Source: an uncultured Actinomycetes bacterium | GTDB lineage: Bacteria > Actinomycetota > Actinomycetes > Streptosporangiales > Streptosporangiaceae | DNA length: 64,000 nt | Reading direction: 5' to 3' | NCBI GenBank assembly: GCA_963707905.1 | Contig: CAVPSA010000020.1 | Span: 4,320 to 68,319 of the forward strand | Part shown: positions 17,320 through 27,407 of the stretch, piece by piece | Layout: each line of letters starts with the position of its first letter | Position numbering within the stretch: the first letter of the stretch is position 1 | Translations under genes and position numbers: made by a program | The notes under the pieces: generated by a model | What the model was told of the DNA's origin: nothing | What the model saw: only the letters and a program-made list of their open reading frames with translations | The model's database searches: none

Positions 17320-19251
17320 GTGATGGAGACCGAGGCGCCGGTCGCCGGGGCGCCGGGCCCGGGCGGGCCCGGCGCGGGGACCCACCGCCGGGCCGCGCTG
17401 GCCGGCTCGGTACCTACGGGTGAGCTGCCCACGAGCGGTGTGAGCCTGTCCGAGCGCCTCAGCGCCCTGGCGCGGCTGGTCCAGATCGGCTCCGCCCGGG
17501 TCGGGCCGGACGGCTTCAGCGCCGACCTGCTGGCCGACGCGGAAGCGCTGCTGGCCAGGGCGGGGGAGCGGTTGCGCCTGTCCGCACATCACACGATCGT
17601 GGTGCTGGCCGGCGGCACGGGCAGCGGCAAGTCGTCGCTGTTCAACCAGCTTGCCGGGGCGCAGTTCTCACCGGCCGGGGTGCTCCGCCCGGTGACCAGG
17701 GAGCCGCACGCCTGCGTCTGGGGCGTGGAAGGAGCCGGGCCGCTCCTGGACTGGCTGGGTATCGAGCCGCGCCGCCGCTACGCCCGGTCCAGTGCCCTGG
17801 AGGAAGGCGAGCGCGCGCTGACCGGCCTGCTCCTGGTGGACCTGCCCGACCACGACTCGGTCGTCACCGGCGGATCCTCCGAGGTCAGCCGTCTGGTAGC
17901 GCAGGCCGACCTGATGGTGTGGGTACTTGATCCGCAGAAATATGCCGACGCCGCGGTACACAGCCGGTACCTGGTGCCGATGGCCGGGCACTCGTCGGTG
18001 ATCGCGGCCGCGCTGAACCAGGCCGACCTGCTGACCCCGGAGCAGGCCCAGGACTGCGTTTCTGACCTGCGCCGCCTGCTGGATGCCGAAGGGCTGCACG
18101 ACGCCAGGGTCCTGTTGACCTCGGCCACCAGTGCGGCTGGCGTCGCCGATCTGCGCAGGGCACTGATCGAGACGGTGATCGCCAGGCAGGCGGCGCTGCG
18201 GCGGATCAGCGCGGACGTGGACGCTGTGGCCGCGCGGTTCGGGCCTTACGCGGGCGACGCCGAGGCACGAGCGCGAGTGAGGTCAGCCGTGCCCTGGACG
18301 GCCGTGCCCGGACCGGCCGCGCCGGCCGGGCCGCCTTGGGCCGTGCCGGAGCCGGCCGGCGGCCCGGCCGCCGACGGTGACCCGGGCAGCCCAGATGCCG
18401 TCGGCAACGCCGAGAGCGGCGCGGGCGAGGCGCCGGGCGACATCGTTGACATAGCGAGGCGTGCCGTGTCCCCGGCGGCCAGCGATGCGCTGGCCGCCGC
18501 GTTCTGCGCGGCCGCTGGGGTGAGCGGTGTCGGCCGGGCGCTGCAGAGCGCCAGAGAACTGAAGGCCGTCGACTACGTGGGCTGGCCCGTGGCGTGGCTG
18601 GCCGACCGGGTGGCCAGTCGCGACCCGGTGCGCAAGGTCCGGCTGGGCGCGCTCTGGGACGAGTTGCGCGAGGTGTCGGCGGGTGCCACCGGCGCGCAGC
18701 GGGCGGAGATCAGCAACGCGATCACCGCGCTCGCCGACGAGGCGGGCCGCGGGCTGCCCGGGTCCTGGCAGGCCAGCGTTCGCCAGGCCGCCAGGTCCGG
18801 GACCGAAGAAGTCCCGGCTGCCCTCGGCGCTGCCATCGCCCAGTCCCTGCCCAAGGAGAACAGCGTGGCGCCGTGGTGGCGGGCGGTGGCGGCGTGGCAG
18901 GGCCTGCTGCTCGGCACCGCGGCGGTGGGCGTGGTCTGGCTGCTGGCGATCATCGTCCTTGGCGCGTTCGGGGCGGCGCCACATGCCACGCTGCTCCTGC
19001 GTAACGTCGGCCTGCTGCCGTGGGTCGCCCTGATGGTGGCGGCGATCCTGCTGCTGGGATGGCTGACCGCCAACGGCTGCATGGCGCTGGTCATCCGCGA
19101 GGCCGATCAGGAGCGGGAACAGGTGCAGCAGCGGATGCGCACCGCAATCGCCGATGTCGCGCAGCGGTTCGTGCTCGCGCCGGTGGAGCGGGAACTGTCC
19201 GAGTTCGCCAGGTTCCACGACGAGCTGGCGGTCGCCCGCGCGACGGCCTGA
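17320..19251 (+). CDS. Dynamin-like/YfjP-type GTPase, membrane-anchored partner (two C-terminal TM helices)
   Basis: P-loop VVLAGGTGSGKSSLFNQLAG, LLLVDLPDHDS, VWVLDPQKYADA, NQADLL. TM segments: WWRAVAAWQGLLLGTAAVGVVWLLAIIVLGAF and LLPWVALMVAAILLLGWL. Starts 32 nt after the upstream GTPase stop. Confidence 0.7.
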   Translation: MMETEAPVAGAPGPGGPGAGTHRRAALAGSVPTGELPTSGVSLSERLSALARLVQIGSARVGPDGFSADLLADAEALLARAGERLRLSAHHTIVVLAGGTGSGKSSLFNQLAGAQFSPAGVLRPVTREPHACVWGVEGAGPLLDWLGIEPRRRYARSSALEEGERALTGLLLVDLPDHDSVVTGGSSEVSRLVAQADLMVWVLDPQKYADAAVHSRYLVPMAGHSSVIAAALNQADLLTPEQAQDCVSDLRRLLDAEGLHDARVLLTSATSAAGVADLRRALIETVIARQAALRRISADVDAVAARFGPYAGDAEARARVRSAVPWTAVPGPAAPAGPPWAVPEPAGGPAADGDPGSPDAVGNAESGAGEAPGDIVDIARRAVSPAASDALAAAFCAAAGVSGVGRALQSARELKAVDYVGWPVAWLADRVASRDPVRKVRLGALWDELREVSAGATGAQRAEISNAITALADEAGRGLPGSWQASVRQAARSGTEEVPAALGAAIAQSLPKENSVAPWWRAVAAWQGLLLGTAAVGVVWLLAIIVLGAFGAAPHATLLLRNVGLLPWVALMVAAILLLGWLTANGCMALVIREADQEREQVQQRMRTAIADVAQRFVLAPVERELSEFARFHDELAVARATA

Positions 19252-19326
19252 AACGGCGGCAGGGAAGCAATCTCCCCAACCTGAGGTTCACGTGTAATGA
19301 TGTAATCTCAGTTACGGAGATGACGT

Positions 19327-20268
19327 TTGATCATGCCCCCGCTTGACGCGTATTCCCAGATTGTGGCCGGGGTCGCGGCTGAACTGACCGGCAAGGTGGC
19401 CAGCCTGCGCGTGCCCCTGCGGGGTTCGGGACGGGCCGGTGAGAGCCTCGGTTCCGCGGTCGTCTACACCAGCGACGGCTTCCTGCTGACCAACGCGCAT
19501 GTGGTCGGCAACGCACAGTCGGGCACCGCCTCCTTCGGCGACGGCACCTCGGTGCCGTTCACCACGGTCGGCGCCGACCCGCTCTCCGACCTGGCGGTGG
19601 TGCGGGCCGCCGGGCCGACCCCCCCGCCCGCCGAGCTGGGCGAGGCGGACGAACTCGTCGTCGGCCAGCTTGTGGTGGCGGTGGGCAACCCGCTCGGCCT
19701 GGCGGGCTCGGTGACCGCGGGCGTGGTGAGTGCCCTGGGGCGCTCGCTGCCCACCCGCAGCGGATCCGCGGCCAGGCTGGTCGAGGACGTGATCCAGACC
19801 GACGCCGCGCTCAACCCCGGCAACTCCGGCGGGGCGCTCGCCGACAGCCAGGCCAGGGTGGTGGGCATCAACACGGCCGTCGCCGGGGTGGGCGTGGGCC
19901 TCGCGGTCCCGGTCAATGCCACCTCCCGCAAGATCATCTCCACCCTGATGCAGCACGGCCGGGTAAGGCGCGCCTACCTGGGCCTGGTCAGCGTGCCCGC
20001 GCCGCTGCCCGCCCAGCAGCGGGAACGGTGGGGCAGGGCCAACGGGCTGCGGGTAGCGGAGGTCGTCCCCGGCGGCCCGGCCGCGCGGGCCGGCCTGCGC
20101 GCTGGCGACCTGCTGCTGACCGCCGCGGGCCAGCCGGTCGAGAAGGCCCAGGACCTGCAGCGGCTGATGTTCGACGACGCGATCGGCCGGCCGCTGTCCA
20201 TCACCGTGTTCCGCAACGGCGCCCTTGTCGACGTCATCGCGGAACCGGACGAACTCGTCGCCGCCTGA
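19327..20268 (+). CDS. S1C (HtrA/DegP-like) trypsin-fold serine protease with a C-terminal PDZ domain
   Basis: Catalytic triad context: LLTNAHVV (His), DLAVVR (Asp), GNSGGAL (Ser). PDZ: GLRVAEVVPGGPAARAGLRAGDLLLTAAGQPV. ATG at 19333 is an alternative start. Confidence 0.8.
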   Translation: MIMPPLDAYSQIVAGVAAELTGKVASLRVPLRGSGRAGESLGSAVVYTSDGFLLTNAHVVGNAQSGTASFGDGTSVPFTTVGADPLSDLAVVRAAGPTPPPAELGEADELVVGQLVVAVGNPLGLAGSVTAGVVSALGRSLPTRSGSAARLVEDVIQTDAALNPGNSGGALADSQARVVGINTAVAGVGVGLAVPVNATSRKIISTLMQHGRVRRAYLGLVSVPAPLPAQQRERWGRANGLRVAEVVPGGPAARAGLRAGDLLLTAAGQPVEKAQDLQRLMFDDAIGRPLSITVFRNGALVDVIAEPDELVAA

Positions 20269-20273
20269 CCTGC

Positions 20274-20293
20274 GCGTATCGGGCCCGATACGC
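20274..20293 (+). terminator. Perfect 20-nt palindrome GCGTATCGGGCCCGATACGC directly after the protease stop (candidate terminator stem)
   Basis: Read from the sequence, 6 nt after the TGA at 20266-20268. No U-tract. Confidence 0.35.
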
Positions 20294-20428
20294 CGCCGGT
20301 CCGGCCGGTGCCGCGGCGCCCCGGTCTGCGTGCCTGCGCCCGAGGACGGTGGCTGGCGCTGGCCTGGCGGGCTTCCCCAGGGCACCAGCGCGCGCATTTT
20401 CGCACAAAACGATAGATCCCTCCCTGGC

Positions 20429-20466
20429 TTATCCACAGGTGCGCGGTTTCCGCGTGGTTGTCCACA
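20429..20466 (+). promoter_or_regulatory. Two head-to-tail consensus DnaA boxes (TTATCCACA at 20429-20437, TTGTCCACA at 20458-20466) flanking a CGCGG-TTT-CCGCG hairpin
   Basis: Exact 9/9 matches to the E. coli consensus and the actinobacterial consensus respectively, 29 bp apart, ~135 nt upstream of the SSB-paralog start. Confidence 0.5.
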
Positions 20467-20599
20467 GACAGCGGGTGCCCGATGGCCCTTGATGCCCGGG
20501 CGCGTGAACGTGGTGGGCAGCCGGTGCCCGACCCCGGGGCCGGCCCGGAACGGGCGCGAGCTCGCCGCGCCCCTTCCGGCAAAGACAGGGAGGACCGAG

Positions 20600-21262
20600 A
20601 TGATCCACGATGCACAGGTGCACCTGGCCGGATACGTGGCCACCGAGCCCAAGTTCAAGAAGGTCGCCGGCGATACCTCGTCCGTGCGGCTGCGCGTCGC
20701 CTATACCGCACGCCGCCGGGACAAGGAAACCGGTGAGTGGGGCGATGGGCCCACGTCGTTCGTGACCATCCAGTGCTGGCGGACGCTGGCCGACAACGTG
20801 AGCATGTCCGTGCACAAGGGAGAACCGGTGCTGATCACGGGCCGCCTGCAGATCAGGCGCTTCGAGGACGCGGAGGGTGCGCCCAGGACGGCGGTGGAGG
20901 TCGAGGCGGCGTCGGTCGGCCACGACCTGACCCGTGGGGTGGCTCAGTTCTCGCGCACCCGGTGGCCCGCAACCGGAGCGGCGGCCGTGGCTGCCGCCCT
21001 GTCCGGAGGTGCGCCTGGAGCCGAGGAAGGCACGGTGCCGGGGGAGGGCGCGGAACCCGCCGACGGGCTGGAGCCCGCAGGGCGCTCGAACGGGGCTGCG
21101 AGCGGTGCCCCTCCGGCCGGGGGCGGGATGATCGACGAGCGTGCCGTGGCCGAGTTCGCCAGGGAGCTAAGCGAGTCGCTCGGTGCGGCGGCCGCGGCGG
21201 ATCCTGCGGCGGATGGTGCCGAGGACGCCGGGGCAGCGGCCGAAGCAGGCATGCCTGCCTGA
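20600..21262 (+). CDS. Single-stranded DNA-binding protein paralog (OB fold) lacking the canonical acidic C-terminal tip
   Basis: VHLAGYVATEPKFKKVAGDTSSVRLRVAYTARRRDKETGEWGDGPTSFVTIQCWRTLADNVSMSVHKGEPVLITGRLQIRRFEDAEGAPRTAVEVEAASVGHDL aligns with the SSB OB domain. The tail ends ...AEAGMPA rather than D-D-x-P-F. ATG at 20600 follows GGGAGGA. Confidence 0.75.
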   Translation: MIHDAQVHLAGYVATEPKFKKVAGDTSSVRLRVAYTARRRDKETGEWGDGPTSFVTIQCWRTLADNVSMSVHKGEPVLITGRLQIRRFEDAEGAPRTAVEVEAASVGHDLTRGVAQFSRTRWPATGAAAVAAALSGGAPGAEEGTVPGEGAEPADGLEPAGRSNGAASGAPPAGGGMIDERAVAEFARELSESLGAAAAADPAADGAEDAGAAAEAGMPA

Positions 21263-21510
21263 CCGGCGTTCCGGGCGCACGGGTCGCGGGGTGCCCGGCT
21301 GGGTGTGCCTGCCTGACCGGCGTTCCGGGCGCACGGGTCGCGGGGTGCCCGGCTGGGTGTGCCTGCCTGACCGGCGTGCGCGGGCGCACGGGTCGCGGGG
21401 TGCCCGGCTGGGTGTGCCTGCCTGACCGGCGTGCGCGGGCGCACGGGTCGCGGGGTGCCCGGCTGGGTGTGCCTGCCCTGAGGCGTTCCCGGGTGCCCGG
21501 CCAGGGTGAA
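21253..21510 (+). repeat. MIRU/VNTR-like intergenic tandem repeat, 54-55 bp x ~4.7
   Basis: The unit gcctgcctgaccggcgttccgggcgcacgggtcgcggggtgcccggctgggtgt starts at 21253, 21307, 21361 and 21416, with a partial copy at 21471. The first unit contains the SSB-paralog stop codon. Units 3-4 carry a ttcc to gcgcg variant. Each unit contains an imperfect hairpin (ccgggcGcac/gtgcccgg). Confidence 0.9.
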
Positions 21511-21571
21511 CTGTGTCCGTGGGGCTTCCGGTTCGTCCGATCCTGGCGCCGGAAGCCCCTACCCTGGAGGC

Positions 21572-23236
<1,665 letters not shown>

Positions 23237-23380
23237 AGAGGGCCCGGGGCCGGGTCGGCTAACTGTGCTCGCCGGCCTTCGGCCGCCTTCGCCATGGCCC
23301 GCCGTATCCACCCGGGGGCCCGAGCCCCCGGACCCGCACGGCCCCGGTTGCGCTCGGCTGCCCCGCGCCCCCTCGGCGGG

Positions 23381-23809
23381 TTAGGTGGGGGTCAGGCCGA
23401 GGTCGGGGCCGCCGGACTCACGGGTCCGGTTGACGAGGCTGTGCGCGGCCATGACGAGGTAGTCCCACAACTGGGCGTCGTGCTCCGGATCGAGCCCCAG
23501 TTCGTCCAGGGCGGCACGCATGTGGCGCAGCCACGCGTCCCGCTCGGTTTCCCCGATGGAGAAGTGCGCGTGGCGCATGCGCAGCCGGGGATGCCCACGG
23601 CGCTCGTCGTAGGTGCGCGGGCCGCCCCAGTACTGGATGAGGAACAGCCGCAGGTGCTCCTCGGCGGGCCCGAGATCCTTGCTCGGGTACACCGGCCGGA
23701 GCTCCGGATCGGCAGCGACGCCCTCGTAGAAGACGTGCACCAGTCGGCGGAAGGTCTCCTCGCCGCCGACCGCCTCATAGAAGCTGGCCGGTTCTGTAGT
23801 CGTGTCCAT
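23381..23809 (-). CDS. glbO: Group II truncated hemoglobin (trHbO)
   Basis: [33 protein letters not shown]...[34 protein letters not shown]. Confidence 0.85.
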   Translation of the reverse strand: MDTTTEPASFYEAVGGEETFRRLVHVFYEGVAADPELRPVYPSKDLGPAEEHLRLFLIQYWGGPRTYDERRGHPRLRMRHAHFSIGETERDAWLRHMRAALDELGLDPEHDAQLWDYLVMAAHSLVNRTRESGGPDLGLTPT

Positions 23810-24093
23810 AGCTGGCGTCCAGGGTACGTGGCCCCGTGCCAGCCGCTGCGCCGGCCGCCGCAGTTACTAAGGGTGGTAGTTACCAGACGGACACAGTTTT
23901 GCTCTAGCATTGCAGGCCCGGCAGTCCTATATGCAGCATGCACTAAGGCTTTGCGCTGTATGTGCATGTCGCACACCAACCAGCGCAATGTCGATTTCAC
24001 AGATTCCGATTCTCGCTGAGCGACTCTCAAGTTACATTGAGTCGGTATCACCCGGCCGGGGGGCGGGCCAGCGCCGAAGGAGAGGGGCCCGGG

Positions 24094-26025
24094 ATGTTGC
24101 AAGGCGCCGACGAGCTCTCACGTGCTGACGAGCACACCGATCAGACGCATCCGCTGCCTCAGCAGTCGTTCGGGCCATCGTCACCGCCGGTGTCGTCACC
24201 CGTTGTGTCGTCATCCCCCGGATGGTCATCCTCAGCACCACCAGCCGCAGCACCACCAGCCGCAGCACCACCAACCGCAGCACCACCAACCGCAGCACCA
24301 TCAACCGCAGCACCACCAACCGCAGCACCATCGTCAGCGCTCCCCTCGCCGGCGCCATTGCCCACTCTGGAAGCCGCTCCGTCGGCCGACCTGGTGGCGC
24401 GGCTGGCCGGGGGAGAGGCGCGGCAGGAGTTTGTGGTCGCCCGCGAAACCCGCGCCGCCGGGCTGGTTGGCGGGCTGAACGCGGCGCAGATCGCGGCCGA
24501 GATCCACGATCGGTGTGCCCCACTCGCCGGGACCAGCCGGATCCGCGCCTACCGCCTGGCGCTCGGCGTCTCGCTTGCCGACGTCGTCGCCCAGATCCGC
24601 GCCTGGTACGCCAGCGAGGGCCGGCCTGCCCCTCGGTTCAGCGAGACGCTGCTGTCCGCGTATGAGAGCGGCCAGAAGCGCCCTGGCCCGGAATACCTGC
24701 ACTACCTGTGCGCGGTGTACCGGGCCGAGCCCGCGGACCTGGGGTATCCCGGCCAGTGCTTCTGCGGCCGGCCACACCGCGCCGGGCCGAGGGCCCGGCC
24801 AGCCACCCAGGTGTCTGCCCAGTCGGGCGCGGCCTTCGGCGACACCCAGGACCGGGCGGCCGCGGGCGCATCGGAGGTGAGCTACCTGCGTGTCCGGCCG
24901 TCGGCCGGTGCCTCCCCGGTGCCGCTCCAGGACGACGGTTTCGGCTTCCCGGTGGACCCACGTGAGGCCGAGGACGACGACGACGTGCTCCGCAGGGCCC
25001 AGCTGCGCATGATCGCGGACGCGGCCGCCGGGGTGGACAGCCAGTTCCTCGGTGCCGTGGAACGCATCCGCCGCCGGATGGACGACGCCCTGGTGGGCGG
25101 GACGGTCTCGGCCACGATGCTGGACCAGTGGGAAGAGACAACCGCCGACTATGGCATCCAGTACCTGACCGTCCCGCCGTTGCGACTGCTCTGTGACGTA
25201 CTACTGGACTTCGGTGACGTGCGCCGGATGTGCGAGCACAGGCAGCCGCTCGATTTCAGCGAGCGGCTCTGCCGGCTCGCGGCGCAGCTTGCCGGGCTGG
25301 CCGGCATGATCATGATCAATGTGGGCCATCAGCGGCTGGCCAGGTCCTTCTTCCGCACTGCGCGCACCGCCGGAGACGAGACCGGTGACCGGCAACTCCG
25401 GGCCTGGATAGCGGTGCGCGAAGCGCTGGTCCCGCTGTACTACGGCGACCCGGCCGAGGCGGTGGCGCTGGCCCGGGCGGGGGCGGGCCTGGCCGGGCGC
25501 AACGTGTGCGTTGCCGCGGCGATGGCCCCGGTCATGGAGGCCCGGGCGCTCGCCAGGGTGGCCGCACGGCGTGGCGGCACCGCCAAGCCCCAGGGCCTGC
25601 GGCGTGCCTCCGGCCTGCTCGACAGCGCTCATGAAGCCCTGTCCCAGCTTCCCTCCACCGACCGCGGCGACACCGCCTTCGGCTACACCGAGCGCCAGCT
25701 GCTGTTCCACGAGGGCGACACGCTGGTCACGCTTGCCCATCACCAGGGCGCGGAGAAGGCCCTGCGGCACGCCCTGCGGCTGTACTCCACCGAGGAAGTC
25801 CTGGACCGGTCCCTGACCACGCTGGGCCTGGCCCGGTGCCGTCTGGAGGCCGACGAGCCGGAGGAGGCACTCCGGCTGAGCAAGGAGACCTTGTTCGCCG
25901 TGCCGCGGGAGCACCGGTCCGAGATCATGGTGCGAGCGGCAAGGTCGCTGGGGGATTGTGTAGCCGGGCGCCACGGTGAGGTCAGTGCGGTGCGTGAGTA
26001 CCGCGAGGCCCTGGCCACCGCTTGA
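24094..26025 (+). CDS. XRE-like HTH regulator with a Pro/Ala-repeat N-terminus and a C-terminal TPR-like helical domain
   Basis: HTH-like stretch: IRAYRLALGVSLADVVAQIRAWYASEGRPAPRFSETLLSAYESGQKRPGPEYLHYLCAVYRAEPADLGY. Long helical C-terminal half. ATG at 24094 follows GAAGGAGAGG. Confidence 0.55.
   Translation: MLQGADELSRADEHTDQTHPLPQQSFGPSSPPVSSPVVSSSPGWSSSAPPAAAPPAAAPPTAAPPTAAPSTAAPPTAAPSSALPSPAPLPTLEAAPSADLVARLAGGEARQEFVVARETRAAGLVGGLNAAQIAAEIHDRCAPLAGTSRIRAYRLALGVSLADVVAQIRAWYASEGRPAPRFSETLLSAYESGQKRPGPEYLHYLCAVYRAEPADLGYPGQCFCGRPHRAGPRARPATQVSAQSGAAFGDTQDRAAAGASEVSYLRVRPSAGASPVPLQDDGFGFPVDPREAEDDDDVLRRAQLRMIADAAAGVDSQFLGAVERIRRRMDDALVGGTVSATMLDQWEETTADYGIQYLTVPPLRLLCDVLLDFGDVRRMCEHRQPLDFSERLCRLAAQLAGLAGMIMINVGHQRLARSFFRTARTAGDETGDRQLRAWIAVREALVPLYYGDPAEAVALARAGAGLAGRNVCVAAAMAPVMEARALARVAARRGGTAKPQGLRRASGLLDSAHEALSQLPSTDRGDTAFGYTERQLLFHEGDTLVTLAHHQGAEKALRHALRLYSTEEVLDRSLTTLGLARCRLEADEPEEALRLSKETLFAVPREHRSEIMVRAARSLGDCVAGRHGEVSAVREYREALATA
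24235..24331 (+). repeat. In-frame 15-nt tandem repeat x ~6.5 encoding (PPAAA/PPTAA)n
   Basis: gcaccaccagccgca-type units read directly from the sequence. Confidence 0.9.
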
Positions 26026-26227
26026 AGAGGTCCGGGCAGGGCGCGGCGCAAGCGGACACCGGCTGAGGGCCGCCGGGCCAGCGCCCCCCTCGCCACCGAC
26101 CCTGCGGCCCCCGCCCGCCCCCCGCTTACCGGAACTCACGCGATCCGTAATCAAAAAATACAATAAATCGGACATCAAGGCGGCTAAATCTCACAACTAG
26201 TCACCGTCGGCGGCCGAATGCCTCAAT

Positions 26228-26284
26228 GCGACGCGCGGGCGGGGGTGCGACGCGCGGGCGGGGGTGCGACGCGCGGGCGGGGGT
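26228..26284 (+). repeat. Perfect 19-bp tandem repeat x3 (gcgacgcgcgggcgggggt), G-tract rich
   Basis: Units at 26228, 26247 and 26266. Each carries GGG and GGGGG runs (six G-tracts in total). Confidence 0.9.
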
Positions 26285-26579
26285 GTGCCCGGGTGATCCG
26301 CTGCGGTCGCTGGATCGTCACAGCCGCCCGGCCAGGCCTGCTGGCGGGCGGGATCGCGCCGGGCTGCCGGAGGCGGGGGCAGTACGGCGGGCGGCTGGGC
26401 AACGGGCGCCTCGCAGGCGGCATGATCGTGGCTGTGTGGGCTTCGAGGCGGTTGGCTGGCGGAACGCAGGGTTGCCGGGAGGGGACGGCAGCCGTCGGCG
26501 GGCTGGCGGGAAGGAGCGGCGGAGCGCGATGCCGTGCCAGGTGTTAGAGCGTTCGGGCCGCGCCCGTTAGGCTGTGCTT

Positions 26580-26621
26580 GGCATAGGCACCCCAGGCGGT
26601 CGGCATAGGCACCCCAGGCGG
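26580..26621 (+). repeat. 20-nt direct repeat x2 (ggcataggcaccccaggcgg, 22-bp period) abutting the HNH gene RBS
   Basis: Copies at 26580-26599 and 26602-26621. The GGAGG RBS starts at 26621 and the GTG start is at 26630. Confidence 0.85.
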
Positions 26622-26629
26622 GAGGCGGC

Positions 26630-27142
26630 GTGCGACGGGTATTGCTGCTCAACGTGACGTATGAACCGCTGACCACGGTTGGCCTGCGCCGTGCGGTGTG
26701 CCTGGTCCTGGGGGAAAAAGCCGAGGTTGTGCACGATGATTCGGAGGGCGCCTTGTTGCGCTCAACATCGCTCGTGCTCGCCATGCCCTCGGTCATCCGG
26801 CTGCGCCGTTACGTCCGCGTGCCGCACCGGAGCCGGATCCCGCTCACCCGTGGCGCGCTCATGCGCCGGGACAACTACCAGTGCGCCTACTGCAGTCATC
26901 GGGCCGAGACCATCGACCACGTGGTGCCGCGGAGCAGGGGCGGCACGCACACCTGGGAGAACTGCGTCGCCTCGTGCATGCGCTGCAACCACAGCAAGGG
27001 CGACCGGCTGGTCGAGGAACTCGGCTGGACGATGCGCTGTGATCCCGCCGTGCCGCGTGGGCCGCACTGGCGGCTGATCGGGGCCATGTACGACGGCGAC
27101 CCGCAGTGGGCCGCCTACCTGGTGGAGCCGAGCGCAGCCTGA
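26630..27142 (+). CDS. HNH endonuclease (conserved actinobacterial McrA-like small HNH protein)
   Basis: NYQCAYCSHRAETIDHVVPRSRGGTHTWENCVASCMRCNHSKGDR carries the CxxC...HxxP...N...CxxCNxxK HNH/zinc motif. Confidence 0.85.
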   Translation: MRRVLLLNVTYEPLTTVGLRRAVCLVLGEKAEVVHDDSEGALLRSTSLVLAMPSVIRLRRYVRVPHRSRIPLTRGALMRRDNYQCAYCSHRAETIDHVVPRSRGGTHTWENCVASCMRCNHSKGDRLVEELGWTMRCDPAVPRGPHWRLIGAMYDGDPQWAAYLVEPSAA

Positions 27143-27285
27143 CCCCGTCGTTCCAGGTCAGCCCTCCGCAATCCAGCTCACCGGGGCAACTCGGCCTTCT
27201 GTACAGCTTCAGGAGCCTTGCGCTGCCCCAGAACCCGCGCATGGCCACCGCGGATCCGCGGATATCCGTCACTGTCCCGCAATGC

Positions 27286-27316
27286 GTTTGTGGTCGTTGG
27301 CACGATGACCACAAAC
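27286..27316. terminator. Strong hairpin (10-bp perfect stem GTTTGTGGTC/GACCACAAAC, 11-nt loop) between convergent genes; candidate bidirectional terminator
   Basis: Read from the sequence. A 14-nt palindrome, CCGCGGATCCGCGG, lies just upstream at 27248-27261. Confidence 0.4.
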
Positions 27317-27407
27317 ACGCACGGCGCCCGCGGCACCGGCCTGCGACCCGCGCGACGGATGAGGCGTGGGTGAATTGCGGGTGAAACCTTGCCGGCCCGG
27401 CCTCGGG

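Noticed and set aside
21253-21510. Tandem arrays (also 50341-50415 and 26228-26284) considered as CRISPR.
   Set aside because: The units are directly abutting with no unique spacers, no cas genes are nearby, and the unit lengths and structure are atypical. These are simple tandem repeats.
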